This document shows positions 1-10,184 of a DNA stretch of 64,000 nt, one piece after another (the stretch's first letter is position 1; every line of letters begins with the position of its first letter). Source of the DNA: Candidatus Magasanikbacteria bacterium RIFCSPHIGHO2_02_FULL_48_18. Lineage in GTDB: Bacteria; Patescibacteriota; Patescibacteriia; Magasanikbacterales; UBA922. The translations under genes were made by a program, and so were the position numbers. The notes under the pieces were generated by a model, which did not search any database, had not been told where the DNA came from, and worked only from the letters and a program-made list of their open reading frames with translations. The DNA lies in the NCBI GenBank assembly GCA_001784285.1, contig MFQC01000007.1, positions 4,197 through 68,196 on the forward strand, read 5' to 3'.

Positions 1-985
1 TTTCCGGAAAAAAAAGCAGGGAAAGACCGGCGAGCTGGGCAAAAAATATCGATGAAGTGTACTGAGGAAAAAACCATCGAAACAAAAACGGAACGAGAAG
101 AATGTACAAAATGGTCGGAATGACGACGAGGGGCGCGCTTTGCATGATTTTTTTGGGAAGTGTTTTTCGAATCAACCGAATGTCTTTGTTGGCAAATTTG
201 GGCAACGAAAGATTGACGATGGATTTAATGAGGGTTTTGACGGGATTGAGCGGCGCCAACGCAAACCAATAGATGGCAACTGTTGTAGCGCCCAGGAAAT
301 TTCCCAGAAGGAGGATATCGAGCTGGCTTGCGATTGTGCCAACAACGGCTATAACACTTAAATGTTTTCCGTACGAAATAGTATCCTTGTTAAGGATGTC
401 CGCTGTCTCAGCCACGGCTTCGCTTTTGCGGTACACAATCATGCGGAAGAACACCGTTGCCGCCAAATAGCTGGCGAGCAAGAAAAGAACATGGTCGGTC
501 AAAAAAAGGGTGATGATGGTTGCAAGAACGGTTCCGGCATGGATGAGGACGTTATATTTCGTAAGGAGGTCAAACCGTTTCTGGCCTTGCAGGCGGCCAT
601 TATAGATCGTGAAGGAATCCATAAATGGCACAATGATTGCCGCCATGAAAAAAGCCATCATAAAGATGCTGTTTCCCCGTATGCCGTAATATGCGGCCAA
701 AATCATGCTCAGTATTCCTCCAATCAATCCCCATGTGATTTTTTCTGTGAGCGCTCGTTTGAGCGATCCCCGAAATCCTTGCGCCACCGTTCTCATAACC
801 GACATATTCATGCCGGGCAAGGAAAAAATTGCAAGTGTCCCAATAATAACAAGGATATATTTATATGTTCCATACGTTTCCGGAGAAAGCAGATTGCCAA
901 AAGCGACTGCCGATAGGAGAGAAAGAACGGCCGAAATGGCCTGGCTCGTCGTGAGCCAAAATGTGCCATGAGCGACATACACCAT
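1..985 (-). CDS. Wzx-like oligosaccharide flippase / polysaccharide biosynthesis protein (MOP superfamily), N-terminal part; C-terminus lies beyond the window start
   Basis: Not in ORF track because there is no stop in the window. Reverse-complement translation from ATG (complement of 983-985) gives MVYVAHGTFWLTTSQAISAVLSLLSAVAFGNLLSPETYGTYKYILVIIGTLAIFSLPGMN..., multi-TM and typical of Wzx N-termini. Plus-strand ORFs 362..916 and 705..971 are non-protein-like shadows. In-frame alternative starts exist up to 1057. Confidence 0.5.
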   Translation of the reverse strand, partial: MVYVAHGTFWLTTSQAISAVLSLLSAVAFGNLLSPETYGTYKYILVIIGTLAIFSLPGMNMSVMRTVAQGFRGSLKRALTEKITWGLIGGILSMILAAYYGIRGNSIFMMAFFMAAIIVPFMDSFTIYNGRLQGQKRFDLLTKYNVLIHAGTVLATIITLFLTDHVLFLLASYLAATVFFRMIVYRKSEAVAETADILNKDTISYGKHLSVIAVVGTIASQLDILLLGNFLGATTVAIYWFALAPLNPVKTLIKSIVNLSLPKFANKDIRLIRKTLPKKIMQSAPLVVIPTILYILLVPFLFRWFFPQYTSSIFFAQLAGLSLLFFPE

Positions 986-1074
986 GTCGGTTTTGGTGAT
1001 TTTTTGGCTCCACACAAGCACTTTCTTGATTTTTTGTTTTATTGTGCTACACTGCATACAATTCTTTTTTCGCT

Positions 1075-2475
1075 ATGAATATTCTCTATATTGGGGCCGG
1101 GTTTGTCGGTTCATCGTCTGCCGCGGTTTCCGCGGATAGCGGGCACCAGGTTTTGGTGTATGATGTTGATGAACAAAAAATAGAGAAATTAGGATCGAAA
1201 AATCGAGAAATGATTGAGTCGTGTCTGTTTGAAGAGGGGTTAAGCGAACTCTTGATTCGCCACAAAAATCGTATTGAGTTTACCACAGACTATGAGAAAG
1301 TGGAAGGTTTTTTACATACGTGCGACGCCGTGTTTATGTGCCTGCCGACGCCGGAAATCGGCGAGACAGGAGAAAGCGATCTCCGCTATTATCTCAAAGC
1401 GGCCGAAACATTGGCCGAGGCACTGCAGAAACGAAACAATGGAGCGCAAGAAACCTATGTGGTGATTGTCAATAAAAGCACGGTTCCCATTGATATGGTG
1501 GATACGACGGGCGAAATTATGAAGCGTTTTCATGTTACAAACTATGGTATTGTATCGAATCCTGAATTTTTGGTTGAGGGAAAAGCGATCTCAGGATCGC
1601 TCAAGCCGGATCGTGTTGTCATTGGAGCGTGGAGCGAGCGTGATTTTGCTGTCATGCGCAATGTCTATCGCCGTTTTTATGACGCGCCAAGCGTGGAGTA
1701 CATTGAAGTCAACCCAAAGGAAGCCGCGGCTGGGAAGCTCCTGGCGAATTTTTATTTATTCAATAAGCTCGCGGTTTGCTTTGACGTCATCGGGCGCACC
1801 TGTGAGTCGTTTGATGGATTGCATTTTGAACATATCAGAAAAATTTTGACGAGCGACCCCCGCATTGGTTCTTGGGGATTGTATGACAGCCTCTATGCGG
1901 GAGGAAGCTGTTTTATCAAAGACGCACGGTCGCTTTCTCACCAATTGCAAACTGTGGGGGAAAATGCCGGGCTGGTGCACGAAACACATCTCGCCAACAA
2001 ACGTCAATTGGAGCATTTTTTGGGCCGGGCGGTGAAAGACGCTCGCATCGAGTGGGGGGGAAAACGAGTTGCATTGCTTGGAACGTCGTTTAAGCGCGAT
2101 ACGAATGATATTCGCAATTCTCCGAGTATTGATATCGTGCATATCTTGGAAGAACAGGGAGTCGGGGGAATTCGGATATATGATCCGGCCGGAATGGATA
2201 ATTTTAAAATAGTGTTTCCGGAATCTTCTCATATTCAGTATGCCGCGCACGAGTTTGAGGCTGTCAAAAATGCTGATGTCATTCTTATTGCCACCGATTG
2301 GCCTCAGTTTCGCGGGCTCGCGGATATGATTATGGCCGAGGCGCACAATCGGCCGCTTATTATGGATGGACGGAGAATATTACAGCATCGCTATAACGAT
2401 TTGCAAAAAGCGGGATATGATATTATTGCCGTGGGCAGTCCTTTTTTGAAATCCGCATCGGTTTTCCATTCCTAA
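1075..2475 (+). CDS. ugd: UDP-glucose 6-dehydrogenase
   Basis: N-terminal Rossmann motif MNILYIGAGFVGSSSAAV and catalytic-Cys motif GGSCFIKD; length 466 aa fits the UDP-glucose/GDP-mannose dehydrogenase family. Start taken at internal ATG 1075 rather than ORF-track start 1042. Confidence 0.85.
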   Translation: MNILYIGAGFVGSSSAAVSADSGHQVLVYDVDEQKIEKLGSKNREMIESCLFEEGLSELLIRHKNRIEFTTDYEKVEGFLHTCDAVFMCLPTPEIGETGESDLRYYLKAAETLAEALQKRNNGAQETYVVIVNKSTVPIDMVDTTGEIMKRFHVTNYGIVSNPEFLVEGKAISGSLKPDRVVIGAWSERDFAVMRNVYRRFYDAPSVEYIEVNPKEAAAGKLLANFYLFNKLAVCFDVIGRTCESFDGLHFEHIRKILTSDPRIGSWGLYDSLYAGGSCFIKDARSLSHQLQTVGENAGLVHETHLANKRQLEHFLGRAVKDARIEWGGKRVALLGTSFKRDTNDIRNSPSIDIVHILEEQGVGGIRIYDPAGMDNFKIVFPESSHIQYAAHEFEAVKNADVILIATDWPQFRGLADMIMAEAHNRPLIMDGRRILQHRYNDLQKAGYDIIAVGSPFLKSASVFHS

Positions 2476-2484
2476 CATTTTTAT

Positions 2485-3789
2485 ATGACATTGTTTGATG
2501 CGTTGGCAACTCGCACAGAAAGCATATGCGTGGTTGGCCTTGGCTATGTGGGCTTGCCGCTCGCCGTATTTTTATCAAAACGTTTTTCCGTTATCGGGTT
2601 TGATATCAATGGAAAAAGAATTGAAGAACTCGCAAAAGGCCACGATACGACCGATGAAGTGAATGATCACGATCTTCAATCTGCCTCGATTATCTACACG
2701 ACCAATCCGGAAGACATCGCGAAAGCGCGGTTCATTATCGTGGCAGTGCCGACTCCGGTCGATCACTATCTCAATCCCGATTTGACGCTCGTTGAAAAAG
2801 CCTCGGAGATGGTTGGGAGTCATCTGTCTCCCGGCTCAATTGTGGTCTATGAATCAACCGTCTATCCCGGCGTTACGGAAGATATCTGCGTTCCCATTTT
2901 GGAACGATTCTCTCGTCTTCGCGCGGGTGTTGATTTTTTTGTCGGGTACTCTCCGGAGAGAGTCAATCCCGGGGACAAAGAGCACACAATTGACCGCGTC
3001 ACAAAAGTGGTTTCCGGAATGGACGATCCGACGCTTGACTGCATCGCATCGGTGTACGGAGCAATCACCACCGTGTTTCGCGCCCGCTCTATTCGCGTGG
3101 CTGAAGCGGCCAAAGTGATTGAAAATACCCAGCGTGATTTGAATATCGCGCTTATGAATGAGTTGGCGGTTTTGTTTCATGCGCTCGGAATCAGCGTGTA
3201 TGATGTGCTTGACGCGGCAAAAACAAAGTGGAATTTTTTGCCGTTTTCTCCGGGATTGGTTGGCGGGCATTGCATTGGTGTGGATCCGTATTATCTCACA
3301 TATAAAGCGAAGGAAGTCGGATATGAGGCAAAGGTCATTCTCGCCGGTCGAGGCATTAACGATAGCATGCACAAATTTATCGCAGAACAAATTGTGAAAG
3401 AAATGGTTAAAATGGGAAAGACGGTGCGTGATTCTCGTTTTGTTATTTTGGGCATCACGTTTAAAGAGAATGTCCCGGATATTCGAAATTCAAAAGTTGC
3501 CGAACTGTATAAAGAACTCAAGGATTTTGGCGTGAACCCACTGGTCTATGACCCGATTGCGGACAAAGAGGAGGTTGCGCGCGAGTATGGAATTCCGCTC
3601 GCCCATCGAAACGATTTGGTCGGCGCCGATACGCTCATTTTGGCTGTGGCGCATGATGTCTTTCGAGCATTGGATATTTCCGATTTGAAGTCTATGATGA
3701 ATAATGATAATCTTCTTTTTGCGGATATCAAACATCTCTTTGAGCGGGATGCCATTGAGTCGCAGGGCATTCATTATTGGACTCTTTAA
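2485..3789 (+). CDS. nucleotide-sugar dehydrogenase (UDP-N-acetyl-D-glucosamine/mannosamine dehydrogenase family, WecC/TviB-like)
   Basis: VVGLGYVGLPLAV Rossmann motif; catalytic-Cys motif VGGHCIGVDPYY; 434 aa. Confidence 0.8.
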   Translation: MTLFDALATRTESICVVGLGYVGLPLAVFLSKRFSVIGFDINGKRIEELAKGHDTTDEVNDHDLQSASIIYTTNPEDIAKARFIIVAVPTPVDHYLNPDLTLVEKASEMVGSHLSPGSIVVYESTVYPGVTEDICVPILERFSRLRAGVDFFVGYSPERVNPGDKEHTIDRVTKVVSGMDDPTLDCIASVYGAITTVFRARSIRVAEAAKVIENTQRDLNIALMNELAVLFHALGISVYDVLDAAKTKWNFLPFSPGLVGGHCIGVDPYYLTYKAKEVGYEAKVILAGRGINDSMHKFIAEQIVKEMVKMGKTVRDSRFVILGITFKENVPDIRNSKVAELYKELKDFGVNPLVYDPIADKEEVAREYGIPLAHRNDLVGADTLILAVAHDVFRALDISDLKSMMNNDNLLFADIKHLFERDAIESQGIHYWTL

Positions 3790-3801
3790 TAATTCTCTTG
3801 T

Positions 3802-4728
3802 ATGGCTTCAGAAAAAAAACAGTATTTGGTCACCGGCGGCGCGGGATTTATCGGAACCAATCTTGTTATTCAGCTCCTTGAGGCGGGCCACCAGGTGCGG
3901 GTTATCGACAATTACGCGGGAGGCAAAAAACCGGAGCGTCTTCAGGAGGGTGTGGAATATCTGGAAGGGGATATCCGCAGTATGGACGACCTCAACCAAG
4001 CAATGGCTGGGATTGACGGCGTGTTTCATCTCGCCGCGCTTCCGCGCGTCACGTATTCGGTGGAACATCCGCAAGAGACGCATGATGTGAACGTCAATGG
4101 AACACTGAATGTGCTTCTTGCCGCGCGCGACAACCATGTCCGGCGTGTCGTTTTTTCTTCTTCCTCATCCACGTATGGCAATCAAGAGACATATCCTCTC
4201 GTTGAAGACGCTATGGTCAAAAAGCCCATTGCGCCATACGCATTGCATAAATTTATCGGTGAAGAATATTGCCGGCTTTTTTTTGAACTCTACGGTCTTC
4301 AAACCGTGAGTCTTATTTATTTCAACGTGTATGGACCGTTTTGCGACCCAAACGGCGCGTATGCCCTGGTTATCGGAAAATTTCTTCAGCAAGTACGGAA
4401 TGGCGAACCCATGAGTGTCTGCGGCGATGGCGAATATTATCGTGATTATACCCATGTTTCCGATGTCGCCCGCGCCAATATCTTGGCGATGACCGCAGAT
4501 ATCGTTGGAAAAGGGGAAACAATCAATATCGGCAATCACGATCCTCATTCGGTCAATGAGATTGTCAGCTTGATTGGGGGCGAAGCGATCCGCATGCCGG
4601 AAAGGCCCGGGGATGTGCGGTACACGGAAGCCGATATCGCGAAAGCAAAAGCATTGCTGGGGTGGGAGCCGCGTGTCAGTTTTGAAGAAGGTATTCGAGC
4701 GCTGAAGCACGAGTGGGGCATTGCGTAG
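3802..4728 (+). CDS. NAD-dependent sugar epimerase/dehydratase (UDP-hexose 4-epimerase-like SDR)
   Basis: TGGAGFIGTNLV glycine-rich motif and YALHK (YxxxK) catalytic motif; 308 aa. Confidence 0.75.
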   Translation: MASEKKQYLVTGGAGFIGTNLVIQLLEAGHQVRVIDNYAGGKKPERLQEGVEYLEGDIRSMDDLNQAMAGIDGVFHLAALPRVTYSVEHPQETHDVNVNGTLNVLLAARDNHVRRVVFSSSSSTYGNQETYPLVEDAMVKKPIAPYALHKFIGEEYCRLFFELYGLQTVSLIYFNVYGPFCDPNGAYALVIGKFLQQVRNGEPMSVCGDGEYYRDYTHVSDVARANILAMTADIVGKGETINIGNHDPHSVNEIVSLIGGEAIRMPERPGDVRYTEADIAKAKALLGWEPRVSFEEGIRALKHEWGIA

Positions 4729-4735
4729 TTTCCCG

Positions 4736-6127
4736 CTATTGTCCCAAACCCCGCAATATCACATTGATCGTCCGAAGAAGAATAGACAGGTCGAGAATCA
4801 ACGATCTGTTTTTTATATAATACAAATCGTATTGCAGTTTTTGCAGGGATAATTCGAGAGTATCGGTATAATTTTGATGAAGCACTGCCCAACTGGTGAG
4901 TCCCGGCCTGACCACATGGCGGAGGGGGTAATACGGCATGCGCGCTTCCAGTTTTTCCACAATTTCCGGCCGCTCCGGTCGCGGGCCAATGAGGGTAATG
5001 TCGCGGCGCAGTAAATTCCAGCTTTGAGGCAATTCATCAAGACGGGTTTTTCGCAAGAATTTTCCAATCGGGGTTATCCTTGTATCTCCTTTTTTTGCAA
5101 ATTGTACGCCTTCTGTTTCCGCGCTACCATCTTTGGAGAGCGCATACATGGACCGGAATTTATACAAGAAAAACACGACACCGTTTTTTCCTGCCCGTTT
5201 TTGTTTTATGAGCACAGGACCGCGGGAGGTTGTTTTGATGAAGAACGCCAAAAACGGGAACAATGCAAGAAAGAAAGTCCCAAGAACGAGAGAGGCGACA
5301 ATATCAACCATGCCACGGAATCGTTCATACATGGGTCGCCGTGTATTTTTAAGATGATCCAAAAACCATCCTTCGGAGAATGTTGAGGGCGGAATTCTTC
5401 CTGTAAGCAATTCATAAAAGGAAGTGAGATCGTTTACTTGAATAGGATAAAACAACAGCTGATACAATTCTTGGAGCGCTTTGGTGTCTTTACGAAGGTG
5501 GGGGGCGATAATAATCAGTTGGGCGTGATGCCGTTCCGTAATGGAACGAATATCCGAGAGTTCATGGTAGACGGAGTATGAATGCGTGTTTTCCGCGGGC
5601 CCCTCCATGGTTGGGTCAATGAGCGCGACCACGCGGTATCCTTTTTCCGGGTGAGCAAAAAGGAGGTCGATGAGCTCATTGGTTTCGGCTGTTCGGCCGA
5701 CAAAGACGACATTGACGAGCAATGCTTCTGACAAGAGCAATGCATGAAAAGCAATGCGCCAGAGAGCGCTCAGTCCATACCCAAACAATACCGACAAGAC
5801 TAGGATGGTTTTTGGAGTAATGGAACGGCTCGGGATGCTATAAAAGAAGATGACGCTGAAAACCGTACTCATGAACGCGGCTTCCATGAATCGGCGATAC
5901 CACCCTCGCACGGTGGCTTGCCGTTCCAGATCATAGAGGCCGTTGATGTAATTGACCAATAGCCACAATACAAACACGATGCCAAAGAGCGCCGTGTGCT
6001 GTTGTATCTTGACTCCGGAAGGAATTGTCCAATATCGGATGGTGAGCGCCAATACAAAACCACATCCGAAAGAAAGTAGGTCGCCAAGGGCAAGTGTGAG
6101 TTGTTTGATGCGGTAGGACAGCGGCAT
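4736..6127 (-). CDS. undecaprenyl-phosphate sugar phosphotransferase (WbaP-like polyprenyl glycosylphosphotransferase)
   Basis: N-terminal TM segments and C-terminal bacterial sugar transferase domain ...GKNGVVFFLYKFRSM...KFLRKTRLDELPQSWNLLRRDITLIGPRPERPE... Start set at MPLSYRIKQ (6127) rather than the ORF-track start, which overlaps the next gene. Confidence 0.8.
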   Translation of the reverse strand: MPLSYRIKQLTLALGDLLSFGCGFVLALTIRYWTIPSGVKIQQHTALFGIVFVLWLLVNYINGLYDLERQATVRGWYRRFMEAAFMSTVFSVIFFYSIPSRSITPKTILVLSVLFGYGLSALWRIAFHALLLSEALLVNVVFVGRTAETNELIDLLFAHPEKGYRVVALIDPTMEGPAENTHSYSVYHELSDIRSITERHHAQLIIIAPHLRKDTKALQELYQLLFYPIQVNDLTSFYELLTGRIPPSTFSEGWFLDHLKNTRRPMYERFRGMVDIVASLVLGTFFLALFPFLAFFIKTTSRGPVLIKQKRAGKNGVVFFLYKFRSMYALSKDGSAETEGVQFAKKGDTRITPIGKFLRKTRLDELPQSWNLLRRDITLIGPRPERPEIVEKLEARMPYYPLRHVVRPGLTSWAVLHQNYTDTLELSLQKLQYDLYYIKNRSLILDLSILLRTINVILRGLGQ

Positions 6128-6187
6128 AGTTGTGGGACAGCATTGGGTCTGGTATACTACCTCCAACATCCAGAGAATATCAGGATT

Positions 6188-7723
6188 ATGAGAAAAAATC
6201 AACCTTTTTTTATTATTGCTCTTACCATTTTTTGCGTTATTCTTTCGCTTTTTTTTGTTTTCCAGGATCCTCTCATAACGGTTGCGGCGCCCCAGGGTCC
6301 TTTGCTCAGTATTCTCAAGGGCAAAACCAGCACCAAGGAGAGGACACTGACACTGTATCTCACCGGTCCTGAAAATGTAAAAGAAATGAAAATTTCAAAT
6401 GAAGTGGATTTTCCGGGCGCAAAATGGGAGCCATTTCAAAAACAAAAGGAGTGGACCTTAGACTACGGCACAGGGACCAAAACGGTCTATGCAAAGTTTA
6501 AAGATAAAAAAAATAAAGAATCCAATATTGTAAAAGACACGATTCTTTTGGATATCCCCAAAGACATGGATGTGGATTTTACCATCAATAAAAAAGCAAA
6601 AGATACGAACTCGCGTTATGTTTTTCTCGAGCTCACGTATTCTTCGGGGGTGGAAACCTTTGCTATAAGCAACACCAAGGATTTTGACCTTGCGACCGAA
6701 GCATTTGTCCAGAAAGAAGTTCCTTGGATTTTATCTTCCGGTTCAGGAGAAAAAACTGTCTTTATTCGGTTTAAAGACGCGAACAAAAAATATATCACCG
6801 TGTCGAAAAAAATTACGTACACCCAAAAAGAGCCGTTTGTTGAGGCCGGGAGCGTGCTGGTCGGACAGTCTGATTATATTTATTATATGGGATTTGACGG
6901 AAGGCTTCATCTTTTTCCAAGCATCCATGTGTTTCATTCCTGGTATGACTCCTTTGAGGATGTTTTTTTTGTCAGCGATCAAAAAATTAAAGAATATCAG
7001 ATTGGATCTCCCGTGTGTGTTCGGCCGGGAACATGGTTGCTGTCTTTTGCCGGGTCGTCGCGAGTCTATGCCGTCGAGCCGGGGTGCCAATTGCGACCCC
7101 TTATGTCCGAAACAGAGGCTGGCATCCTCTATGGATCAAATTGGAACGAGCGCCACCTTATGGTTGATACGCTTGAGAGCAGTTTTTATACGATCGTCAA
7201 CTCTGGCCCGGGCGCTCCGGCCAAACAAGGGACTGATAAAGACGCGGACGGGCTGGATGCGGACACTGAAAAAGAGTATGGATCGTCTGATTCCAAAAGA
7301 GACACGGACGCGGACGGGTTGAGCGATTATGAAGAAATTTTGTATTGGTTCACAGATCCAACCAAGAGCGATAGCGACGGCGACGGTGTGAGCGACGATA
7401 TTGAAGCCTCTTTGGGGCTGTCTCCGCTTATGATGGAAGAAGATGGCACTCTCAAAGAAGGCACTTATACCTTTCCTGCAGGCACCGTCTTTTATCACTC
7501 AAAAAAGAAACAGTATTATTACCGCCATTCCAATGGGAATGATTACGCGCTTGGGTCAAATAAGGCGGCAAAATCGTTTATCGATGCGGTTCCGCAGTCC
7601 GCGTTTGCGGCAATGCCGTCCTTTGATATGCCGGTGTCAAAGAAAATTCTCAATCTTCCCGGCGCTTTGGAAGAATTGCGATATCCTACCATTCGGGTTA
7701 AGAATCACACTATTCCTCTTTGA
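6188..7723 (+). CDS. secreted hypothetical protein with two tandem beta-sandwich-like repeats and calcium-binding DxDxDG (TSP3/EF-hand-like) repeats
   Basis: Signal-anchor MRKNQPFFIIALTIFCVILSLFFVF. Duplicated ~90-aa unit (GTKTVYAKFKDKK... / GEKTVFIRFKDANKK...). Acidic DADGLDAD...DTDADGLSDYEE...DSDGDGVSDD block. Start at internal ATG 6188; ORF-track 6101 is a TTG. Confidence 0.5.
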   Translation: MRKNQPFFIIALTIFCVILSLFFVFQDPLITVAAPQGPLLSILKGKTSTKERTLTLYLTGPENVKEMKISNEVDFPGAKWEPFQKQKEWTLDYGTGTKTVYAKFKDKKNKESNIVKDTILLDIPKDMDVDFTINKKAKDTNSRYVFLELTYSSGVETFAISNTKDFDLATEAFVQKEVPWILSSGSGEKTVFIRFKDANKKYITVSKKITYTQKEPFVEAGSVLVGQSDYIYYMGFDGRLHLFPSIHVFHSWYDSFEDVFFVSDQKIKEYQIGSPVCVRPGTWLLSFAGSSRVYAVEPGCQLRPLMSETEAGILYGSNWNERHLMVDTLESSFYTIVNSGPGAPAKQGTDKDADGLDADTEKEYGSSDSKRDTDADGLSDYEEILYWFTDPTKSDSDGDGVSDDIEASLGLSPLMMEEDGTLKEGTYTFPAGTVFYHSKKKQYYYRHSNGNDYALGSNKAAKSFIDAVPQSAFAAMPSFDMPVSKKILNLPGALEELRYPTIRVKNHTIPL

Positions 7724-7781
7724 TCGTTATCCAAAGATTGGGGTCTGTAAAATACATATTTTAAAAACGACACGTATCACT

Positions 7782-9743
7782 ATGAAGAAAATTCTTTTTT
7801 TTATTTTTCCTTTTTTTTCCTTATGCTTGCCGGTTGCGGCATTAGCAAAAATTCCGAACGATCCTTTTGCCGCGCAATGGGCGTTTGAACATATTTATGC
7901 TACGGAGGCATGGGATATCACGACGGGCTCAAAGGACGTGGTCGTGGCGATTATTGACAATGGATTTGACACATTCCATCCGGATCTTGAGTCCAATGTG
8001 TGGGTCAATACAAAAGAAATCGCCGACGATGGCATAGACAACGACAAAAACGGCTATATTGACGACGTCTACGGCTGGAATTTTTTTGACAACAACAATG
8101 ATCCTCGTCCGCCGGTTGCCGAATTGAGCCAAGAGGAGAAAAATGAAGGTATTATGAGCCATGGGACGGTGGTTGCCGGCCTTATTGGAGCGGTTGGCAA
8201 CAATAACCGTGATGGCGTCGGCCTTAATTGGAAGGTGAAAATCATGAATGTCAAAGTGATTGGCAATGAAGGGAGTGGAGAAATAAAGCCGCTTTCCGAG
8301 GCAATACAGTATGCGATAAACAATGGCGCCGATATTATCAACGTGAGCATGGTTGGAGATCCGGATTCATCACTCAAAAAGGCGATTGATGATGCGTATG
8401 ACAAAGGCGTGCTTATTGTGGCCGCGGCCGGGAATACGTCTCAGTATCTCAACCTGTCTCCCCTTTACCCAGTCTGTGTTGACGCGAATCAGCCGTTTGA
8501 TTCGGTGATCGGGGTGAGCGCCATAGACAAGAGCCACCGTATAGCGTCTTTTTCCAATACCGGATCTTCTTGTATTGACATTACGGCTCCCGGAGTGGAT
8601 ATATATAGCACCGTGCGATATTCCCCAAACAATGGGTTAACCGAGTCATATGAAGGAGGATGGAACGGAACTTCCTTCGCGGCGCCGCTCGTATCAGGAG
8701 CCGCCGCCTTGATCAAGGCCATCCAGCCAGGATGGACCGGCAAAGAAATTGCTCACGCCATATTACAAACGACGCATCACACCCTATCGGACGATGAAGC
8801 CGGATATGCGGACTTGTTTGGAGCGGGACTGCTCCAAGTGAACAAAGCGGTTGCGTACGCATTAGGAGAGAAACAAACATTGTCGATGTCTCTGGGGTCT
8901 TTGGCTGTGGTAAAACCAAAAACAGGAGAAGTGAGTGAAAAAAAAGTGGGTGAAAATACCGTCGCCATAACCGCCGTTCCCGCCGTGAAAGGCGCAAACA
9001 AGGTTGCGACCTTTATGGACGAGGGGAAAATACGCCATACAACCATCAAATATATTGCGGGGAAAAAATGGAGAGTGTCTCTTTACACCGATGATTGGGA
9101 AAAAATCGTTTCTTGGTTTGTCCAATCGTCTTTTGCCCCTGATATTGCAGGGGGTGCGGTTGGCAAAGGGGGGAGTGCTACCGTCTTTGTTGCGATTCCA
9201 GGCGCCAAGACCACCACCATCGAGGCATATACCACTCAAGGAAAAAAACAATACGCATTTTCTTTTTCTACCGAGGCGCCGATTGCAAGTATTGCGGTTG
9301 TTCCTGCCGCGTCAGAAGAGCCTGGCGCGCTTCTTTCTCTTTTTTCTCAAAAAGGGGTGATTCATGTCGGTCAGTATGATACGGAAGGAAAATCCGTGCA
9401 AACACTCGCGACCACTCTTCCTTTGTCGCCATACGCGCGGGTGATTGTGGCTGATATGGATAATGACGGGAAAAACGAATACGTCGTGAGCGGTCATGAC
9501 CGCATCGTCATTATGAACCAAAAAGGAACAGTCGCAAAAACCATATTTCCTTATGGAGATGCGGCTGGCGAAGGATTTGACCTTGCGGTTACTGATTATG
9601 ATACCAATGGAAAACCGGATATTTTGGTTGTGCCATTCCAAGGGGGAGGCATGGCGCGAATTTTTGATGGAAAAGGGAAAAAAATCATGCAATGGTGGCC
9701 ATTTGAAAAGAATGCGGCCGGTCCGTTTTTTCTCCTGCAGTAA
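7782..9743 (+). CDS. subtilisin-like serine protease (peptidase S8) with C-terminal FG-GAP/VCBS-like repeat region
   Basis: Signal peptide MKKILFFIFPFFSLCLPVAALA. Catalytic triad motifs VVAIIDNGFD (Asp), SHGTVVAGLIG (His), GTSFAAPLVSGAAAL (Ser). C-terminal DMDNDGKNEYVVSG / DYDTNGKPDILVV repeats. Start trimmed from 7443 to ATG 7782. Confidence 0.85.
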   Translation: MKKILFFIFPFFSLCLPVAALAKIPNDPFAAQWAFEHIYATEAWDITTGSKDVVVAIIDNGFDTFHPDLESNVWVNTKEIADDGIDNDKNGYIDDVYGWNFFDNNNDPRPPVAELSQEEKNEGIMSHGTVVAGLIGAVGNNNRDGVGLNWKVKIMNVKVIGNEGSGEIKPLSEAIQYAINNGADIINVSMVGDPDSSLKKAIDDAYDKGVLIVAAAGNTSQYLNLSPLYPVCVDANQPFDSVIGVSAIDKSHRIASFSNTGSSCIDITAPGVDIYSTVRYSPNNGLTESYEGGWNGTSFAAPLVSGAAALIKAIQPGWTGKEIAHAILQTTHHTLSDDEAGYADLFGAGLLQVNKAVAYALGEKQTLSMSLGSLAVVKPKTGEVSEKKVGENTVAITAVPAVKGANKVATFMDEGKIRHTTIKYIAGKKWRVSLYTDDWEKIVSWFVQSSFAPDIAGGAVGKGGSATVFVAIPGAKTTTIEAYTTQGKKQYAFSFSTEAPIASIAVVPAASEEPGALLSLFSQKGVIHVGQYDTEGKSVQTLATTLPLSPYARVIVADMDNDGKNEYVVSGHDRIVIMNQKGTVAKTIFPYGDAAGEGFDLAVTDYDTNGKPDILVVPFQGGGMARIFDGKGKKIMQWWPFEKNAAGPFFLLQ

Positions 9744-9770
9744 GCCCTCGTTGCGGCGCACCTTTTGGGG

Positions 9771-9799
9771 TTGACACGTTTCTGCTTTTTGTATATACT
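9771..9799 (+). promoter_or_regulatory. sigma70-like promoter upstream of rplU (TTGACA-17-TATACT)
   Basis: TTGACA at 9771-9776, 17-nt spacer, TATACT at 9794-9799; about 70 nt upstream of the rplU ATG. Confidence 0.45.
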
Positions 9800-9866
9800 A
9801 TTGCCACAGTTTTGGCGGTATAGTGTTTGCCAAAATCGTCCTCTTGACATGTTTTATTTTTGTCCT

Positions 9867-10172
9867 ATGATCGCAGTTATCGAGACCGGCGGGAAACAGT
9901 ACATGATTCACACCGGCGGCGCGCTCAAAATAGAAAAATTAGATGCCGAGCCTGGCAAAGAGATTGTCTTTGATAAAGTACTTCTTTTGGTAAAAGATGA
10001 TGGAACCGATCTTCAGGTGGGCGCCCCATATCTGAGCGGGGTGACCATTGCCGCGTCGGTCGAGGCTCAGGGGCGAAGTAAAAAAGTGCGTGTGGTCAAA
10101 TTTAAACGAAAGGTTCGGTACAAACGCGTCCACGGGCATCGCCAGCATTTTACCAAAGTCGTCGTCAAATAA
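9867..10172 (+). CDS. rplU: 50S ribosomal protein L21
   Basis: MIAVIETGGKQYMIHTGGALKIEKLDAEPGKEIVFDKVLLL...KVRVVKFKRKVRYKRVHGHRQHFTKVVVK is a typical L21 sequence; 101 aa. Start trimmed to ATG 9867. Confidence 0.85.
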   Translation: MIAVIETGGKQYMIHTGGALKIEKLDAEPGKEIVFDKVLLLVKDDGTDLQVGAPYLSGVTIAASVEAQGRSKKVRVVKFKRKVRYKRVHGHRQHFTKVVVK

Positions 10173-10184
10173 AACTCATTCAAT

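Noticed and set aside
362-971. Plus-strand ORFs 362..916 (184 aa) and 705..971 (88 aa)
   Set aside because: Composition is not protein-like (H/C/R/N-rich, no motifs). The minus strand here encodes a clean multi-TM Wzx-like protein, so these are shadow ORFs.
1756-4710. Antisense ORFs inside ugd, the second dehydrogenase and the epimerase (for example 1756..2346-, 2854..3390-, 4165..4710-)
   Set aside because: They lie entirely opposite strongly supported enzymes and have low-complexity sequences. They are typical mirror ORFs.
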